A DNA stretch of 64,000 bases. Source: Leucoraja ocellata (Eukaryota). The notes below the pieces were generated by a model. That model ran no database searches, had not been told where the DNA came from, and saw only the letters and a list, made by a program, of their open reading frames with translations. The DNA lies in contig JAWMAR010000302.1 in NCBI GenBank assembly GCA_036785375.1, positions 1,550,001-1,614,000 on the forward strand, in the 5' to 3' direction. This document shows positions 46,731 to 60,350 of this stretch, piece by piece. The translations under genes and the position numbers were made by a program. Every line of letters begins with the position of its first letter. The stretch's first letter is position 1.

Positions 46731-48291
46731 TTTTGACAGGTACATGGATAGGAACGGTTTAGAGGGATCTTGATCAAATCATGCAAGTGGACTTCCTAGG
46801 TCGTGCACTTGGGTTGACGTGAATGAGTTGGGCAGAAGGACCTATATCCCTGCTGTGGGACTGTGTGAGTTCTGAGTTCCCCACATGTCTGAGTTCCCCA
46901 CAAGAAGTTTCACTTCATATACAAACGAAGGCCAAACCAGTTCCCATTCTCAACACCTTGTTTGAACTTAATCGGACATTAAACAACTTTTCTTCATATC
47001 ATTCAAAATAAAGGTATAATTATCGTCATGGGACCTGTTGAGCAACTTTTTTTAATTAATTTGCACTCAGATTTCCTTCCCCACTCCTCATTCTATAATA
47101 ATGCTACTTTGCATTCTTACCTTGAAAGCTTTATTAGCTTAGCTGCCAATTTCCTCCCTTGCCAGATCTTTATCTTGATCATATTTGACTCTTCTTTTTC
47201 CTTCTTCAATGGCTCCATTTCTCAGATGTTATCAATCAGTACCAAATCATAGTCCCAGGTCCCACAACTATCACTTGTTTCGTTCCTCCCACCCAGCTTC
47301 ATATAAATTATCTTTCAACAATGAAGATTATAGCTTAGAAGGAAATGATCTGGTTTACCATTCTCATCTCCCAGTTCCTCTATCTTTATTTTATCTGTTT
47401 GAGGAGTGTAAAGTAAGTCCAATCCATCTTTTACACTCTGGTATCAATTATTACCATCCTTTCTGGAACTGGGTTAAGGTATTCTGTCCTCACTGTGCAG
47501 CCCACTTGCCTCCACATTTAACACATCACCCCCTTACACTTCAGGAATACTTCAGCTTCTTCTGCTGTAACACCAGGTCTGAACACATCTTCCCCTTTCT
47601 CCTCATTTCAACGTCCCTCCTGCCTTTCAGCCCTGCCATAAACTTTGCATTCTGTTCTTTCCCTCCCATTCCCTCATTTTTCTGTTTCATAAAACTAATA
47701 TCTCTAATATTGCCTCTTTGATAAAAGGTCATCATTCAGAATCATTAACTCTGTTTCTCTCTCCATGGATATTACCTGATCTGGCTGTGTATTCCCTGCA
47801 ACATCAGTCTTCATTTCACCTTCCACAACCTCCAAGGGTTTTGCCTTTTACTGTATTATTGTTGTTGAGGATGTGATCTCACACAAATCAAGAGGTTGAT
47901 TTTAACATTGTTTTTTCCACCCTTATTCAACATGGAGATGTTGTGCTTTCAGTAGAGCCTTTGGAAATAAAGGACGTGCTTTGCACAATACAAGAATAAA
48001 TTATCCAATACTTAGAAAAGCTTGTGGTAATTATAAATAATCAGCATTTGGCTTGCAAGCTGCAAGTTGTGCTGGTCCAATTGATTTCTTTGAGGAAATT
48101 AAAGACCTTATAAATGAAAGAAATATGGTAGATTTTGCATTAATAGAGTTCCACAGGGCTTTTGAAAAGTTGCTAGAAAATGAACTTGTCTCAGACAATT
48201 AGGAATATGATATTAAAGATAATGTAGCCACACAACAGAATGGTAGGGGACAGAGAGGATGATATTTTCCAGGCTGGTAGGCTGTGCCTAA

Positions 48292-48556
48292 TAGAAACAT
48301 AGAAACATAGAAATTAGGTGCAGGAGTAGGCCATTCGGCCCTTCGAGCCTGCACCGCCATTCAATATGATCATGGCTGATCATCCAACTCAGTATCCCGT
48401 ACCTGCCTTCTCTCCATACCCCCTGATCCCCTTAGCCACAAGGGCCACATCTAACTCCCTCTTAAATATAGCCAATGAACTGGCCTCAACTACCCTCTGT
48501 GGCAGAGAGTTCCAGAGATTCACCACTCTCTGCATGAAAAAAGTTCTTCTCATCTT
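48292..48556 (-). mobile_element. Young CR1 3' end inside an older degraded LINE remnant (~48020-48290)
   Basis: (catagaaa)n tail; nearly identical to the reverse complement of 54030-54295. Confidence 0.92.
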
Positions 48557-50041
48557 CTAATAGATCTGTGCTGTAATCTCATAAGATTCCCACTGATACA
48601 AATAATTTAGAAATTGATAGTTTACAGCCAATGCTAAAATGGAAAATAAAACAAATCACAAGAAAGATTACAGAAGACTGAAGGAAGTTTGTTGAGAAGG
48701 GAAGTAATGTGCTATAGATTATTTCATCCTCTGTCAGTTGTGCTTCCTATTTAAGTCTGTAATTATGCATTTTACCTCTTTGCTGCATCAATGGTCACCA
48801 TAGTGACTGTATGGGGTGATTTCCCCTTTTGGTGGATCAGAGACCACTAAATGGTTAGATCAGTGGTGATATTCACACAGGTAGAAGAACGATAGAGCAA
48901 AAGGCTTAGGGGCAGGCACCCGCACAGTCCTCAGGACAACTCAATCACCGATTCTCTGATAAATTCCCACCTGAAATGTCACCTATCCTTTCCCTCCACA
49001 GAAGCTGCCCGCCTGCCCCGTTGATTTACTCTAGCACTTTTATTTTGCCCTGATAAATCCAGATGCCTAGGAAGGCTGCAGAGATTTGTTGTTTCTCAAT
49101 ATGGTCCATGAATGTGCTCACTGGAAATTCAAACTGGCCTCTCTGAGTTTCTGCAGTGGCACTAATCTTGGTTGAACCTCCACTGGAATGTACGATATTC
49201 AACTTTGTTGGAACTTTGCTGAAATGTTCACTACTCTGCTGTGCTGGACTAACTAATGGATCAGACTACAAATACTGGAATCATTCCTTGCATTCTTCCA
49301 TAAAACACTGGCCATGTAAGAAGTCTTTGAAAGGAGGCACCCTTAATATCAACTACTCAATTGAATGCAACACTGATGCATGCTGTTGCACCTGTGATAG
49401 CAAATCTTCAGGTTTGAATGCATGCACTGATATAACAATTAGTGGCACTGGTTTCTCTTCAAGTGATGATTAACTTTCACAAGTATATTATTTGCAATTT
49501 GAAAAAATTGGTATAATTTCTCATTCCAGGTCCACTCACTGAGGTCAAGTGTTAATTCAGTTCTGCTTTTTAATTATGCATTTTGAATTTTTGGATTCAT
49601 TATTTTAACAATTGTTTAAGTCGATTTATTTTTGTAACCATGGGAAGTCTTACATTTAACAGACTATTTAATACACCTGAAGGCTCAGTACTAATTGTTT
49701 GGGCTCTCAACAATAAAATGTGCCTTCTGTTGAACCACTGTGTCTGCAAGCATTGAGACATCCTGTTGCACCTGTGATTACAGATCTCCTGGTTGGATTG
49801 CAGCCAACAAGCCACTTAAATGGTGACAGTGTCACATAGGTGGCCAATTCAGCTGCTGGCAGCATGAGACTTATAGCTGGAGGAGCCAGGCTCAGGCATA
49901 CATCACATTTATCTATGATATCCTGCAGGTGCCTCTCTTCTATCTGTGGTAGTATCACACTGAACATCACCTACTCAGATGAAGACAATAAAAGAGGCCT
50001 AGAGAGAATAGCAATTCAGTGGGTCTGAAAAATTGTCTACA

Positions 50042-50515
50042 GTCATAGAGTCATAGAGTGATACAGTACAGTGTGGAAACAGGCCCTTCGGCCCAACTTG
50101 CACACTCCGGCCAATAATGTCCCTGCTGCTTGTGTCCCACTTGCCTGCACTTGGTCCATATCCCTCCAAACTTGTCCTATCCATGTACCTGTCTAACTGT
50201 TTCTTAAACAATAGTTGAGTCCCAGCCTCAACTACTTCCTCTGGCAGCTTGTTCAATACACCCACCACCCTTTGTGTGAAAATGTTACCCCCTCGGATTC
50301 CTATTAAATATTTTCCCCTTCACCTTGAACCTATGTCCTCTGGTCCTCAATTCCCCTACTCTGGGCAAGAGACTCTGCGATCTATTCCTCTCGCGGTTTT
50401 GTATATCTCTTTAAGATCACCCCTCATCATCTTGTGCTCCAGGGAATAGAGACCCAGCCTACTTAAACACTTCCTATAGCTCACATCCTCTAGTCCTGGC
50501 AAAGTCCTTGTAAAT
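50042..50515 (-). mobile_element. CR1 3' fragment (third subfamily) with (catagagt)n tail
   Basis: 'LGLYSLEHKMMRGDL'; 'LPEEVVEAG..FKKQLDRYM'. Confidence 0.85.
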
Positions 50516-50892
50516 AATTGATCCTTTTTTCTGGATGCCAATTGAATGGACTAATGGTTAGTTGTACCATGCAAGGATCTCTGCCAAAACTGACGCCATG
50601 TTGCTCCCACATAATGCAGCTGTGCTAAGACAAATAGAACCAATGGCCGATGTGGAGGCACATGTTTGCTCTTGGAAAGCAGTTCATTAATGTTTCTCTG
50701 CATTAATGGTAGGTGCCATCTACATTAATTTGTAAGCTTTTGCTTTCTTCTATACTTCTATATTTAATCCTTGTTTATATATTGTTACTGGTATACGCTC
50801 TTTCTAGTTTTCATTACCAATACATTTAAAATGTTTAGGAAGGAACTGCAGATGCCGGTTTACACCGAAGATAGACACAAACACTTGAGTAC

Positions 50893-51137
50893 AGAGCCTG
50901 TCCCACGACGATTTTTTTTGGCAACTGCCGGTGTCATATCAATGTTGCCAAAAGATTTTGAACATTTCATATTCCTGCAGCGACAAAAAAAATGCTGTGA
51001 CACTTGAAAAAACACCGCGCGTCATAAGTCATCACGCCGCGTCATACCGCATCACGCCGCATATTTTTCAGTGACCTGATATGCCAGTCAATTATACCGG
51101 CAGTCGCCGACAAAAATCAGCAAGTGGGACAGGCCCT
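50893..51137. mobile_element. PIF/Harbinger-like MITE inside a Penelope-derived hairpin element
   Basis: TIR agagcctgtcccac / gtgggacaggccct; flanks tac / taa (degenerate TAA); host gagta|actcagcggg is split. Confidence 0.7.
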
Positions 51138-51715
51138 TAACTCAGCGGGCCAGGCAACATCTCTGGAGACGAATAGGTAATGTTTCAGGTCGAGACCCTG
51201 CCTTAGACTGGACTCGGAATTAGAGTTGGAGGAATGGTCTCGACCCGAAATGTCACCCATTTCTACTCTCCAGAAATGCTGCCCGTCCTGCTTAGTTACT
51301 CCAGCATTTTGTGTCTATATTTGCAATGTTATTTTGGCACACATGCTTTTATTCAGCATTTCCCACAATGAGTTGCAGAAAAATATGACATGGCTGATTT
51401 TACACAATAAAGGCTAGCAAATGCTTGTATATATGTTGTGCCTTGTTTTTTTAATGGTCAGTTGTGAACTTTTAGAAATGAAATACAAAATATTTGTATT
51501 TTTATTTAGAACAACATCCTGAAATAATTCACTGTACAAATGACAATTCATACCAAATTTCAGGACCATAAGGGTTCCCAGAAGGGGGGCAGAGTGGTTT
51601 AGCTGGCGGAGACCCAGGTTTGATCCCATCCTTAGTTCTCATCCATCTCATCCCATCCTTTAGACTGGGTATTGAGTAGTGAGGAAGGGTTAGTTACCAA
51701 TCTTGTTGTACGTGC

Positions 51716-52216
51716 CCCCTTGGGCAAGAGTGACCATAATATGGTTGAGTTCTTCATTAGGATGGAGAGTGACATGTTAATTCAGAAACAATGGTTCTGA
51801 ACTTAAAGAAAGGTAACTTTGAGGGTATGAGATGTGAATTGGCCAAGATTGACTGGCAATTAATTCTAAAAGGGTTGACGGTGGATATGCAATGGAAGAC
51901 ATTTAAAGACTGCATGGATGAGCTACAAAAATTGTTCATCCCAGTTTGGCAAAAGAATAAATCAGGGAAGGTAGTACATCCATGGATAACAAGGGAAATC
52001 AGGGATAGTATCAAAGCGAAGGATGATGCGTACAAATTAGCCAGAAAAAGCAGCATACAGGAGGACTGGGAGAAATTCAGAGACCAGCAGAGGAGGACAA
52101 AGGGTTTAATTAGGAAAGGAAAAATAGATTATGAAAGAAAACTGGCAGGGAACATAAAAACTGACTGCAAAAGTTTTTATAGATATGTGAAAAGAAAGAG
52201 ATCAGTTAAAACAAAT

Positions 52217-52269
<53 letters not shown>

Positions 52270-54295
52270 CTTATTTATATAGCACATTTTTAGTCAACTT
52301 GCATTGACCCCAAAGTGCTTCACATAATTACATTACATTTTACACACAGGCAAAGGTGGGTGAAGTGTCTTGCCCCAAGGACACAACAACAGTATGCACT
52401 CCAAGCGGGATTCGAACCGGCTACCTTCCGGTCGCCAGCCGAACACTTAGCCCATTGCGCCATCTGTCGTCCCTTGCAGTCAGGTCCCTTGCAGTCAGAA
52501 ACAGGTGAGTTGATCATGGGGAACAAGGATATGGCGGAACAATTGAATAACTACTTTGGTTCCGTCTTCACTAAGGAAGACATAAATAATTTGCCGGAAA
52601 TAGCAGGGGACCGCGGGTCAAAGGAGTTGGAGGAATTGAGTGAAATCCAGGTTGGCCGGGAAGTGGTGTTGGGTAAATTGAATGGATTAAAGGCCGATAA
52701 ATCCCCAGGGCCAGATAGGCTGCATCCCAGAGTACTTAAGGAAGTAGCTCCAGAAATAGTGGATGCATTAGTAATAATCTTTCAAAACTCTTTAGATTCT
52801 GGAGTAGTTCCTGAGGATTGGCGGGTAGCAAACGTAACCCCACTTTTTAAGAAGGGAGGGAGAGAGAAAACGGGGAATTACAGACCAGTTAGTCTAACAT
52901 CGGTAGTGGGGAAACTGCTAGAGTCAGTTATTAAAGATGGGATAGCAGCACATTTGGAAAGTGGTGAAATCATTGGACAAAGTCAGCATGGATTTACGAA
53001 AGGTAAATCATGTCTGACGAATCTTATAGAATTTTTCGAGGATGTAACTAGTAGCGTGGATAGGGGAGAACCAGTGGATGTGGTGTATCTGGACTTCCAG
53101 AAGGCTTTCGACAAGGTCCCACATAAGAGATTAGTATACAAACTTAAAGTACACAGCATTGGGGGTTCAGTATTGATGTGGATAGAGAACTGGCTGGCAA
53201 ACAGGAAGCAAAGAGTAGGAGTAAACGGGTCCTTTTCACAATGGCAGGCAGTGACTAGTGGGGTACCGCAAGGCTCAGTGCTGGGACCCCAGCTATTTAC
53301 AATTTATATTAATGATCTGGATGAGGGAATTGAAGGCAATATCTCCAAGTTTGCGGATGACACTAAACTGGGGGGCAGTGTTAGCTGTGAGGAGGATGCT
53401 AGGAGACTGCAAGGTGACTTGGATAGGCTGGGTGAGTGGGCAAATGTTTGGCAGATGCAGTATAATGTGGATAAATGTGAGGTTATCCATTTTGGTGGCA
53501 AAAACAGGAAAGCAGACTATTATCTAAATGGTGGCCGACTAGGAAAAGGGGAGATGCAGCGAGACCTGGGTGTCATGGTACACCAGTCATTGAAAGTAGG
53601 CATGCAGGTGCAGCAGGCAGTGAAGAAAGCGAATGGTATGTTAGCTTTCATAGCAAAAGGATTTGAGTATAGGAGCAGGGAGGTTCTACTGCAGTTGTAC
53701 AGGGTCTTGGTGAGACCACACCTGGAGTATTGCGTGCAGTTCTGGTCTCCACATCTGAGGAAGAACATTATTGCCATAGAGGGAGTGCAGAGAAGGTTCA
53801 CCAGACTGATTCCTGGTCAGGACTGTCTTATGAAGAAAGACTGGGTAGACTTGGTTTATACTCTCTAGAATTTAGGAGATTGAGAGGGGATCTTATAGAA
53901 ACTTACAATATTCTTAAGGGGTTGGACAGGCTAGATGCAGGAAGATTGTTCTCGATGTTGGGGATGTCCAGGACAAGGGGTCACAGCTTGAGGATAAGGG
54001 GGAAATCCTTTATAACCAAGATCAGAAGAATTTTTTTCACACAGAGAGTGGTGAATCTCTGGAACTCTCTGCCGCAGAGGGTAGTCGAGGCCAGTTCATT
54101 GGCTATATTTGAGAGGGAGTTAGATGTGGCCCTTGTGGCTAATGGGATCAGAGGGTATGGAGAGAAGGCAGGTACGGGATACTGAGTTGGATGATCAGCC
54201 ATGATCATATTGAATGGCGGTGCAGGCTCGAAGGGCCGAATGGCCTACTCCTGCACCTAATTTCTATGTTTCTATGTTTCTATGTTTCTATGTTT
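51716..54295 (+). mobile_element. Young 5'-truncated CR1 with long open RT frame (ORF 52315..53868, CR1-derived from ~52484)
   Basis: 'KSPGPDRLHPRVLKE...NYRPVSLTS...[13 protein letters not shown]...[10 protein letters not shown]...KFADDTKL'; (tttctatg)n tail. Confidence 0.97.
52219..52468 (-). mobile_element. tRNA-derived SINE with L2-type 3' end and (ATT)n tail, inserted in the CR1
   Basis: Minus strand: A box tggcgcaatgg, B box ggttcgaatccc, gtgtccttggggcaagacactt, tail aagcactttggg...aaatgtgctatataaataag(att)n. Confidence 0.88.
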
Positions 54296-54371
54296 CTCCC
54301 TGTAACCATGCCGGTGTAGCAACACTTGCTCTGATTTTCCTCCCAAACCCCAAAGACATGTGCGTTTGCTT

Positions 54372-54575
54372 TATCCTATACACTAAGGACAATTTACAGA
54401 AGCCAATTAACCTACAAACCTGCATGTTGGAGGAAACTGGAGCACCCGGAGAAAATCCACGCGGTCGCCGGTAGAATGTACAAGCTCCGTACAGACAGTA
54501 GCCGTAGTCAGGATTGAACCCTGGCCTATGACGCTGTGAGGCAGCAACTCCACAGCTGCACCACTGTGCTGCCCT
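54372..54575 (-). mobile_element. HE1/V-SINE-like SINE, partial
   Basis: Reverse complement of the head and body seen at 2963 and 21805. Confidence 0.75.
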
Positions 54576-55644
54576 ACGTACATCACCATTTGCAATACTG
54601 TCTTACCCACAGCCACAGGGATAGAGAGAGATGTTTTCAAGTCATTGAAAATAGATGCTGGGGCTGTTCTTTGAGAAAACTTGTTACCAACATGTCACAT
54701 AAATCAAATTGTTAAGGCAGATAGAGAAATGGCTATCGAGCACATCCCCTGAAGTCTGCAACATTTGGAGATCACTCAGTATTTGGCATACAGATAAATG
54801 AAAGCCCTTTACACAAAAAAAGCTGGAGCAGGTTTTAAGGTGAGTTTTCAGTGGTAGATGAGATCATTCAATTGTATCTGGGACTGCAAAGCCAGCCACA
54901 AATTGTCTCTTGCATTGTCAGCTATTCTTCACATTCTCAGGAGTTTTCCTTCCTGAACTCCACTGATTTCACTTTGCCCAAAGATTACGAGCAAAATCTT
55001 TTCTCTCATAAACTTTAGAGATACAGCGTGGGAATAGGCCTTTCAGCCCATCTGTTGATGATTGTAGAAATTCAGTCATGTGAAACGTAAAGAATTATAC
55101 TTCATCCACAATAATGCATGGATTAGGAGTCAGATTGGAGTTACAAATCGTGGACATGAAAATCTTGACAGCAATCCAACCTAGTCACTGTTGTTAAAGC
55201 ATCTCCTTGCTTTGACCTGGGGAGCATTCAGTTGAGTGTTTATTACCTTCTCTCCAATCTTGGTGCAATCACAGGACATGTAGGATAACTTGGTTGTTTA
55301 CATGTGTAGCAAGGAACTGCAGATGCTGGTCTGAAGAACGGTCTTGACCGAAACTGTCTGAAGGTGCCCGAAACATTACCTATTCCATTTCTCCGGGGAT
55401 GCTGCCTGACCCGCTGAGTTACTCCAGCTTTTAGTGTCTATCAGTTGTTTATATTATCTGCACAGACTAATGAAAGGAGATGTGTGGGGTGAGTTTTTTT
55501 ACCCAAGGGTGGTGGGTGCCTGGAACACACCACCTGGTGTAGGTGGTAGGGCAGATACAATCGTGTTTTATGAAGCTTCCAAAACTTGTCAATATAAAGC
55601 TGCTTGAATGGCTTTTACACATTCTATTGAAAACCTTAATTTTT

Positions 55645-56710
55645 TTTAGAGGTGCAATACGGAAACTGGCCCTTCGGCCCATCGAGTCCACACAGACCAG
55701 CGATCCCCGTACATTAACACTATCCTTAACTTTAACACACCAGGGGCAGAAAACTCAGGGGGGGCCAGGGGGGAATACGTTCCCCCCTCTGTTTCGAGAG
55801 GTGGGGGACAGTTCACCCCACATTTTTGTAATCCGGTTTTTAAAACCCGGTGAAAACACCGCTCTCCGCGAAAACAGTGGGGATGGGACTGCTGATCGAG
55901 GGCGACAATTGGATGAGAGAGACGTTGGTCAGCAGGCAATGGGGGTGGGACTTGGTGATTAAGCGCGATCATTGGAGGAAGGAGGAGTGGGGTGGGGGGG
56001 GTGGGACTGAGGAGAGAGTGCGATGATTGGAGGAGGGAGACATGCCAAAACACTCTTGGCACAGACCTGCGCCTCATCTGCAGCCAGCATTGATCCCAGC
56101 CGGGTCTCCGACGGTGTCCCGTCCCCACCTGAGTGCCCCCCCCCCCCCCCCACCACGGATGGCCAGAGAGGTCGGGAGTCAGATGGGTGCTGTGCCCCAA
56201 TGCCCACAGCCAGCGCAGAGAAGCAGCGCTAAACCCAGCTCAACTCTGCCTGCCCCTGCCTGGGCTTGCAGGAAATATGGCCAGCGCGGAGAAGCAGCGC
56301 AGGTGTCCCATCAGTCCAGGCAGCGCTGTAGGTTAACCCGGCGAGACAGAGTGGAGTTGCATTTAGCGCTGGATTGAGCCTCCGAAGCCTTGTGTGCATG
56401 TGCGAGTGTGCGCATGCGCGCGCGGCTGCCAAAAAATTGTGTCCCCCCTGTCCCCCGACCCCCTCCATATTTTGACAGTGATTTCCATGCCTGCTACACA
56501 CACTAGGGACAATTTACAATTATACCAAACCAATTAACCTTCAAACCTGTACGTTTTTGGAGTGTGGGAGGAAACCGAAGATCTCAGAGATAACCCACAC
56601 AGTCATGGGGAGAACATACAAACTCCATACAGACAGCACCCAGTTGGGATTGAACCCGGGTCTCCGGTGCTGCAGGTGCTGTAAAGCAGCAACTCTACAG
56701 CTGCGCCATC
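55645..56710 (-). mobile_element. HE1/V-SINE-like SINE split by a hAT MITE
   Basis: SINE 3' part 55645-55740, 5' part 56494-56710. Confidence 0.8.
55741..56493. mobile_element. hAT-like MITE, copy 1
   Basis: CAG...CTG ends; imperfect 8-bp TSD taacacac / ctacacac; homologous in inverted orientation to 58714-59343. Confidence 0.8.
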
Positions 56711-58235
56711 GTGGCATAAAGTATAATGTAGCTGCTGCTCTTTCAAACGTTTCGCTCATGTTAAAAGCTTCCAAAATGCCATTGTTGTATCTACACCATG
56801 AAGATTTTTGTGACTGTTTAGATGGACAACACCCATAAGATATTTTGACATTGAAGGGAATGTGTAAGAAAAGTCCAGCTGACATGGAGACAGATGTAAT
56901 AGAGGGAGGTGCACTAAAATGTGAATGCAACTGAACGAGAAGTGGAGCTGAGAAGTACATTGTAAAGAGATACATGGTGGATTATGCACAAATCCATATG
57001 AGGCATGCACTCTGCGCCAGACAGGAGATCAGCTTGGATATGAATGGAGAGCAGGGCTGTGGGGGCAAAGAGAAATTTCTTATGTGAGATGATTTACAGG
57101 CAGTGAATCAGGTCATTTGGTTTACCTTATAAACACTAGGTTTGCAAGCTCAATTTGTCCTGCTCGAGGGTCACAAATATAAACATCTTCTACGATCGTT
57201 AGGCTTCTACATATCAATGTGTTCCCTGTAGTGACTGTACAATGCCCAATACTTTTAAAATTAAAAGAACAGAAAGTGCTAGAGTAACTCAGCAGGTCAG
57301 GCAGCATCTCTGGAGAACATGGATAGGTGACATTTAGGGTTGAGATACCTTGAAGGGACACTTGTTTCTACTTTCAAATTCAATACCGGCTTCGGTTTCT
57401 CTGTCTCCAGCATCTTGCAGTGGGCCATAAGAGACATCATGTGTTGTGTCAGATTATCATCCATTAGCATAATTGGCAGGCCACTAACAGATCATTCCAC
57501 AAGGTGTTAACATGTTAGCTTCCCCTTTGACCATGATGGGCAAAATGAATTGACAATACCTTTTATTTCCCTGCTGGCTTCACACAGGGGAAATATTCCA
57601 TCATGTACACATTTGGTTGTTGTGAACGTCCATCAATGGATATCGTTCCTTCAATGGAAGGTATTCAAAAACAAAAATAATGTTGTGGATTACCATTGCC
57701 CATCCACCCAATGCAAGACATCGTGCATTAACACACACCCTGAAATGAGAGAAAAGTGGTAGATCACTAAGTTCCCAAAACCACTCGATCATTCCTCTAT
57801 CGATCCTGGCAAACCTGAACATACACTAACCTCAAAAACCTAATTGACCCAGTTTGCAGTGCAGCTCAGGGGAGACAGTTTTGCATTTTCATTATGAGAA
57901 AAATGCTTTCCAATTACACTGTTAAATTGCCATGTCACTTAATAATAACCCCCCCCCCCCCCCCCCCCCCCCCACTTATTTTGAATTACCCCCACTGGAT
58001 GAAATAGTTACTCCATAGCCTCCCATGAAATAACTTTATAATTTTTAAGGCAATGATCACCATCAAACACGATACCCATCAACTTTAACCTCTTTAACAT
58101 AACGGAACTCATTGGAACCATACATGAAACCTGGTGCAATTCAGAGCTGATTACAGTGCCTTGGATTAATGCTGATGTCAACACACCTTCCTCACTTTCC
58201 TCTTCCAAATCCTACGTTCCAAGAGAAATTTGGAT

Positions 58236-60350
58236 TAACGATACGATACAATAGAACTTTATTTATCTCTGGAGGGAAATTGATCTGCCAACAATCATAT
58301 TACACAAGATACATGAAACATCATATTAAAGCAACGAGTGGAAAGGATTGGGGATGTGCAAAGACTGAGGGGGGTGAAAGGAGGGAAGTTAGTTAGTCAA
58401 CACCACGACAGAGGGGAAGGAGTTATAGTTTGATGGCCACAGGGAAGAAGCATCTGTTGTGACATTCTGTTCTGCATGTTGCTGAATGTACTTCTCACGT
58501 TGGTCAGTGTGTCATGGAGGGGGTGAGCTGCATTGTCCAAGATGTTCTACAGTTTGAGATGCATCCTCCCCTCCAAGACCACCTCCCATTAATCCACCTC
58601 TGCCCCTAGGACAGAGCCAGCCTTCCTGTTGCGTTTGTTGATCCTATTGGCATCCACGGCCTTCGCCCTGCTGCCCAGCAGCATACAGTAGTGAAGAAGA
58701 CGGCACTGGCTGCCAAGAGCGGAACTCACTATCAAAACATGGAGGGGACCGGGGGACAGGGGGGGGGGGCACAATGTGGCTCAATTGTTTGGCGGCTCAA
58801 TTCAGCACTGAATGCAGCTCAACTCTGCCTGTCTCGCCGGGTTAACCTGCAGCCCGGCCTGGACTGACGGGGTACAAGCTCTGCTTCTCCGTGCTGGCCA
58901 TATTTCTCGCAAACCCAGGCAGGTTAACCTAGCGGGACAGGCAGAGTTGAGCTGGGTTTAGTGCTGTTTCTCTGCGCTGGCTGTGGGCCTGGGGGTATAT
59001 CTCATGTCTGACTCCCGACCTCTCTGGCCACTCATGGGGGGGGGCATTCGGGACAGCGTCGGAGACCCGGCCGGGATCGATCCTGCCTGCGCATGAGGCG
59101 CAAGTCTGTGCCACATCTCCCTCCTCCAATCGCCACACTCTAACCTCAGTCCCACCCCCTCTACAACCCCCAATCCTCCCTCCTCCAATCATCGCACACT
59201 CGATCATCAGTCCCACCCCCACTGTCTCGCGGAAAGCGGAGATTTTATAATATGGATTACAAAAACTTGGGGGGGATGTCCCCCACCCCTCAAAACATCG
59301 GGGAGACATGTCCCCTTTGGCCTCTCCGGGCTTTCCACCCCTGCTGGCTGCCACTGATTGGTCGGACCTCTGCAGCATCATACTGCAGACGGTGAAGGAG
59401 CAGAGTCTTCTCAAAAAGTACAGCTGGCTCTGTCCCTTATTGTACAGGGCCTCAGCGCTCCTGGACAAGTCCAGTTTACTGTCCAGGTACACTACAGGTA
59501 TTTGTACTCCCTGGTAAACTGCACATCCACACCATTGATGGAGACAGGGGACAGGGATGTTCCACTCCTCCTAAAGTCCACCACTACCTCCTTAGTCTTG
59601 TTGGTGTTGAGCTGCAGGTGATTCAGCCCACACCACTCAACAAAGTCGCTGACTACACGTCTGTATTCAGCTTCTCTCCCCACACAGATGCAGCCCACAA
59701 TTGCTGAGTCATCTGAACACTTCTGCAGCGGGCAGGAGACGGAGTTATATCTATAGTCCGAGGTGTTGTTGGTGAACAGGAAGGGAGAGAGGACCGTCCC
59801 CTGTGGGGCCCCTGTGTTGCTCACCACCATGTCCGAGACACAGTTCTGTAGCTTGACATATTGTGGTCGTCCAGTCAGGTAGTTGGTGATCCAGGACACC
59901 AATGGAGCATCCACCCACATCTTCATCAGTTTGCTCCCCAGTAGTGCAGGCCGGATGGTGTTAAAAGCACTGGAGAAGTATAAAACATGACTCTCACAAT
60001 GCTTCCTGGCCTATCCAGTTGAGCATAGGAACGATGGAGGAGGTGGATGATGGCGTCCTCAACCCCCATCATTGTTTGTTAAACGAACTGCAGGTGGTCC
60101 AGGTAGGGGTTGCAGGTGAGTGAGCACCAGCCTCTCCAGGGACTTCAAGACATGTGAAGTCAGCGCCACTGGTCTGTAGTCATTGGAGGAGCTGGGACCA
60201 TTCTCTTTGGTACAGGAACCAGGCAGGATGTCGTCCACATCACGGGAACCCTCTCCAGGCTCAGGCTCAGGTTGAAGATATGCTGTAGTACTCCACAAAA
60301 CTGGCTGGCATACACCTTGAGTGCTGACACCATTGGGACCTGTAGCTTAG
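58236..60350 (-). mobile_element. Rex1/Babar-clade LINE, 5'-truncated
   Basis: 'NDYRPVALTSHVLKSLERLVL', 'WITNYLTGRPQYVKL...NTGAPQGTVLSPFLFT...QKCSDDSAIVGCI', 'LYFLRRL.SF'; 3' aatttccc..ataaataaag and (atcgt)n tail. Confidence 0.92.
58714..59343. mobile_element. hAT-like MITE, copy 2, inserted in the Rex1 LINE
   Basis: Perfect 8-bp TSD ctggctgc at 58706-58713 and 59344-59351. Confidence 0.88.

Noticed and set aside
52400-52468. tRNA gene
   Set aside because: A and B boxes belong to a SINE head followed by a LINE-type tail; no complete cloverleaf
52315-53868. Intact 517-aa gene or active CR1
   Set aside because: N-terminus is antisense SINE sequence; the CR1 is 5'-truncated and frameshifted near 53815
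57949-57973. Poly-C run of about 25 nt
   Set aside because: Simple homopolymer with no supporting context; length is unreliable in assemblies
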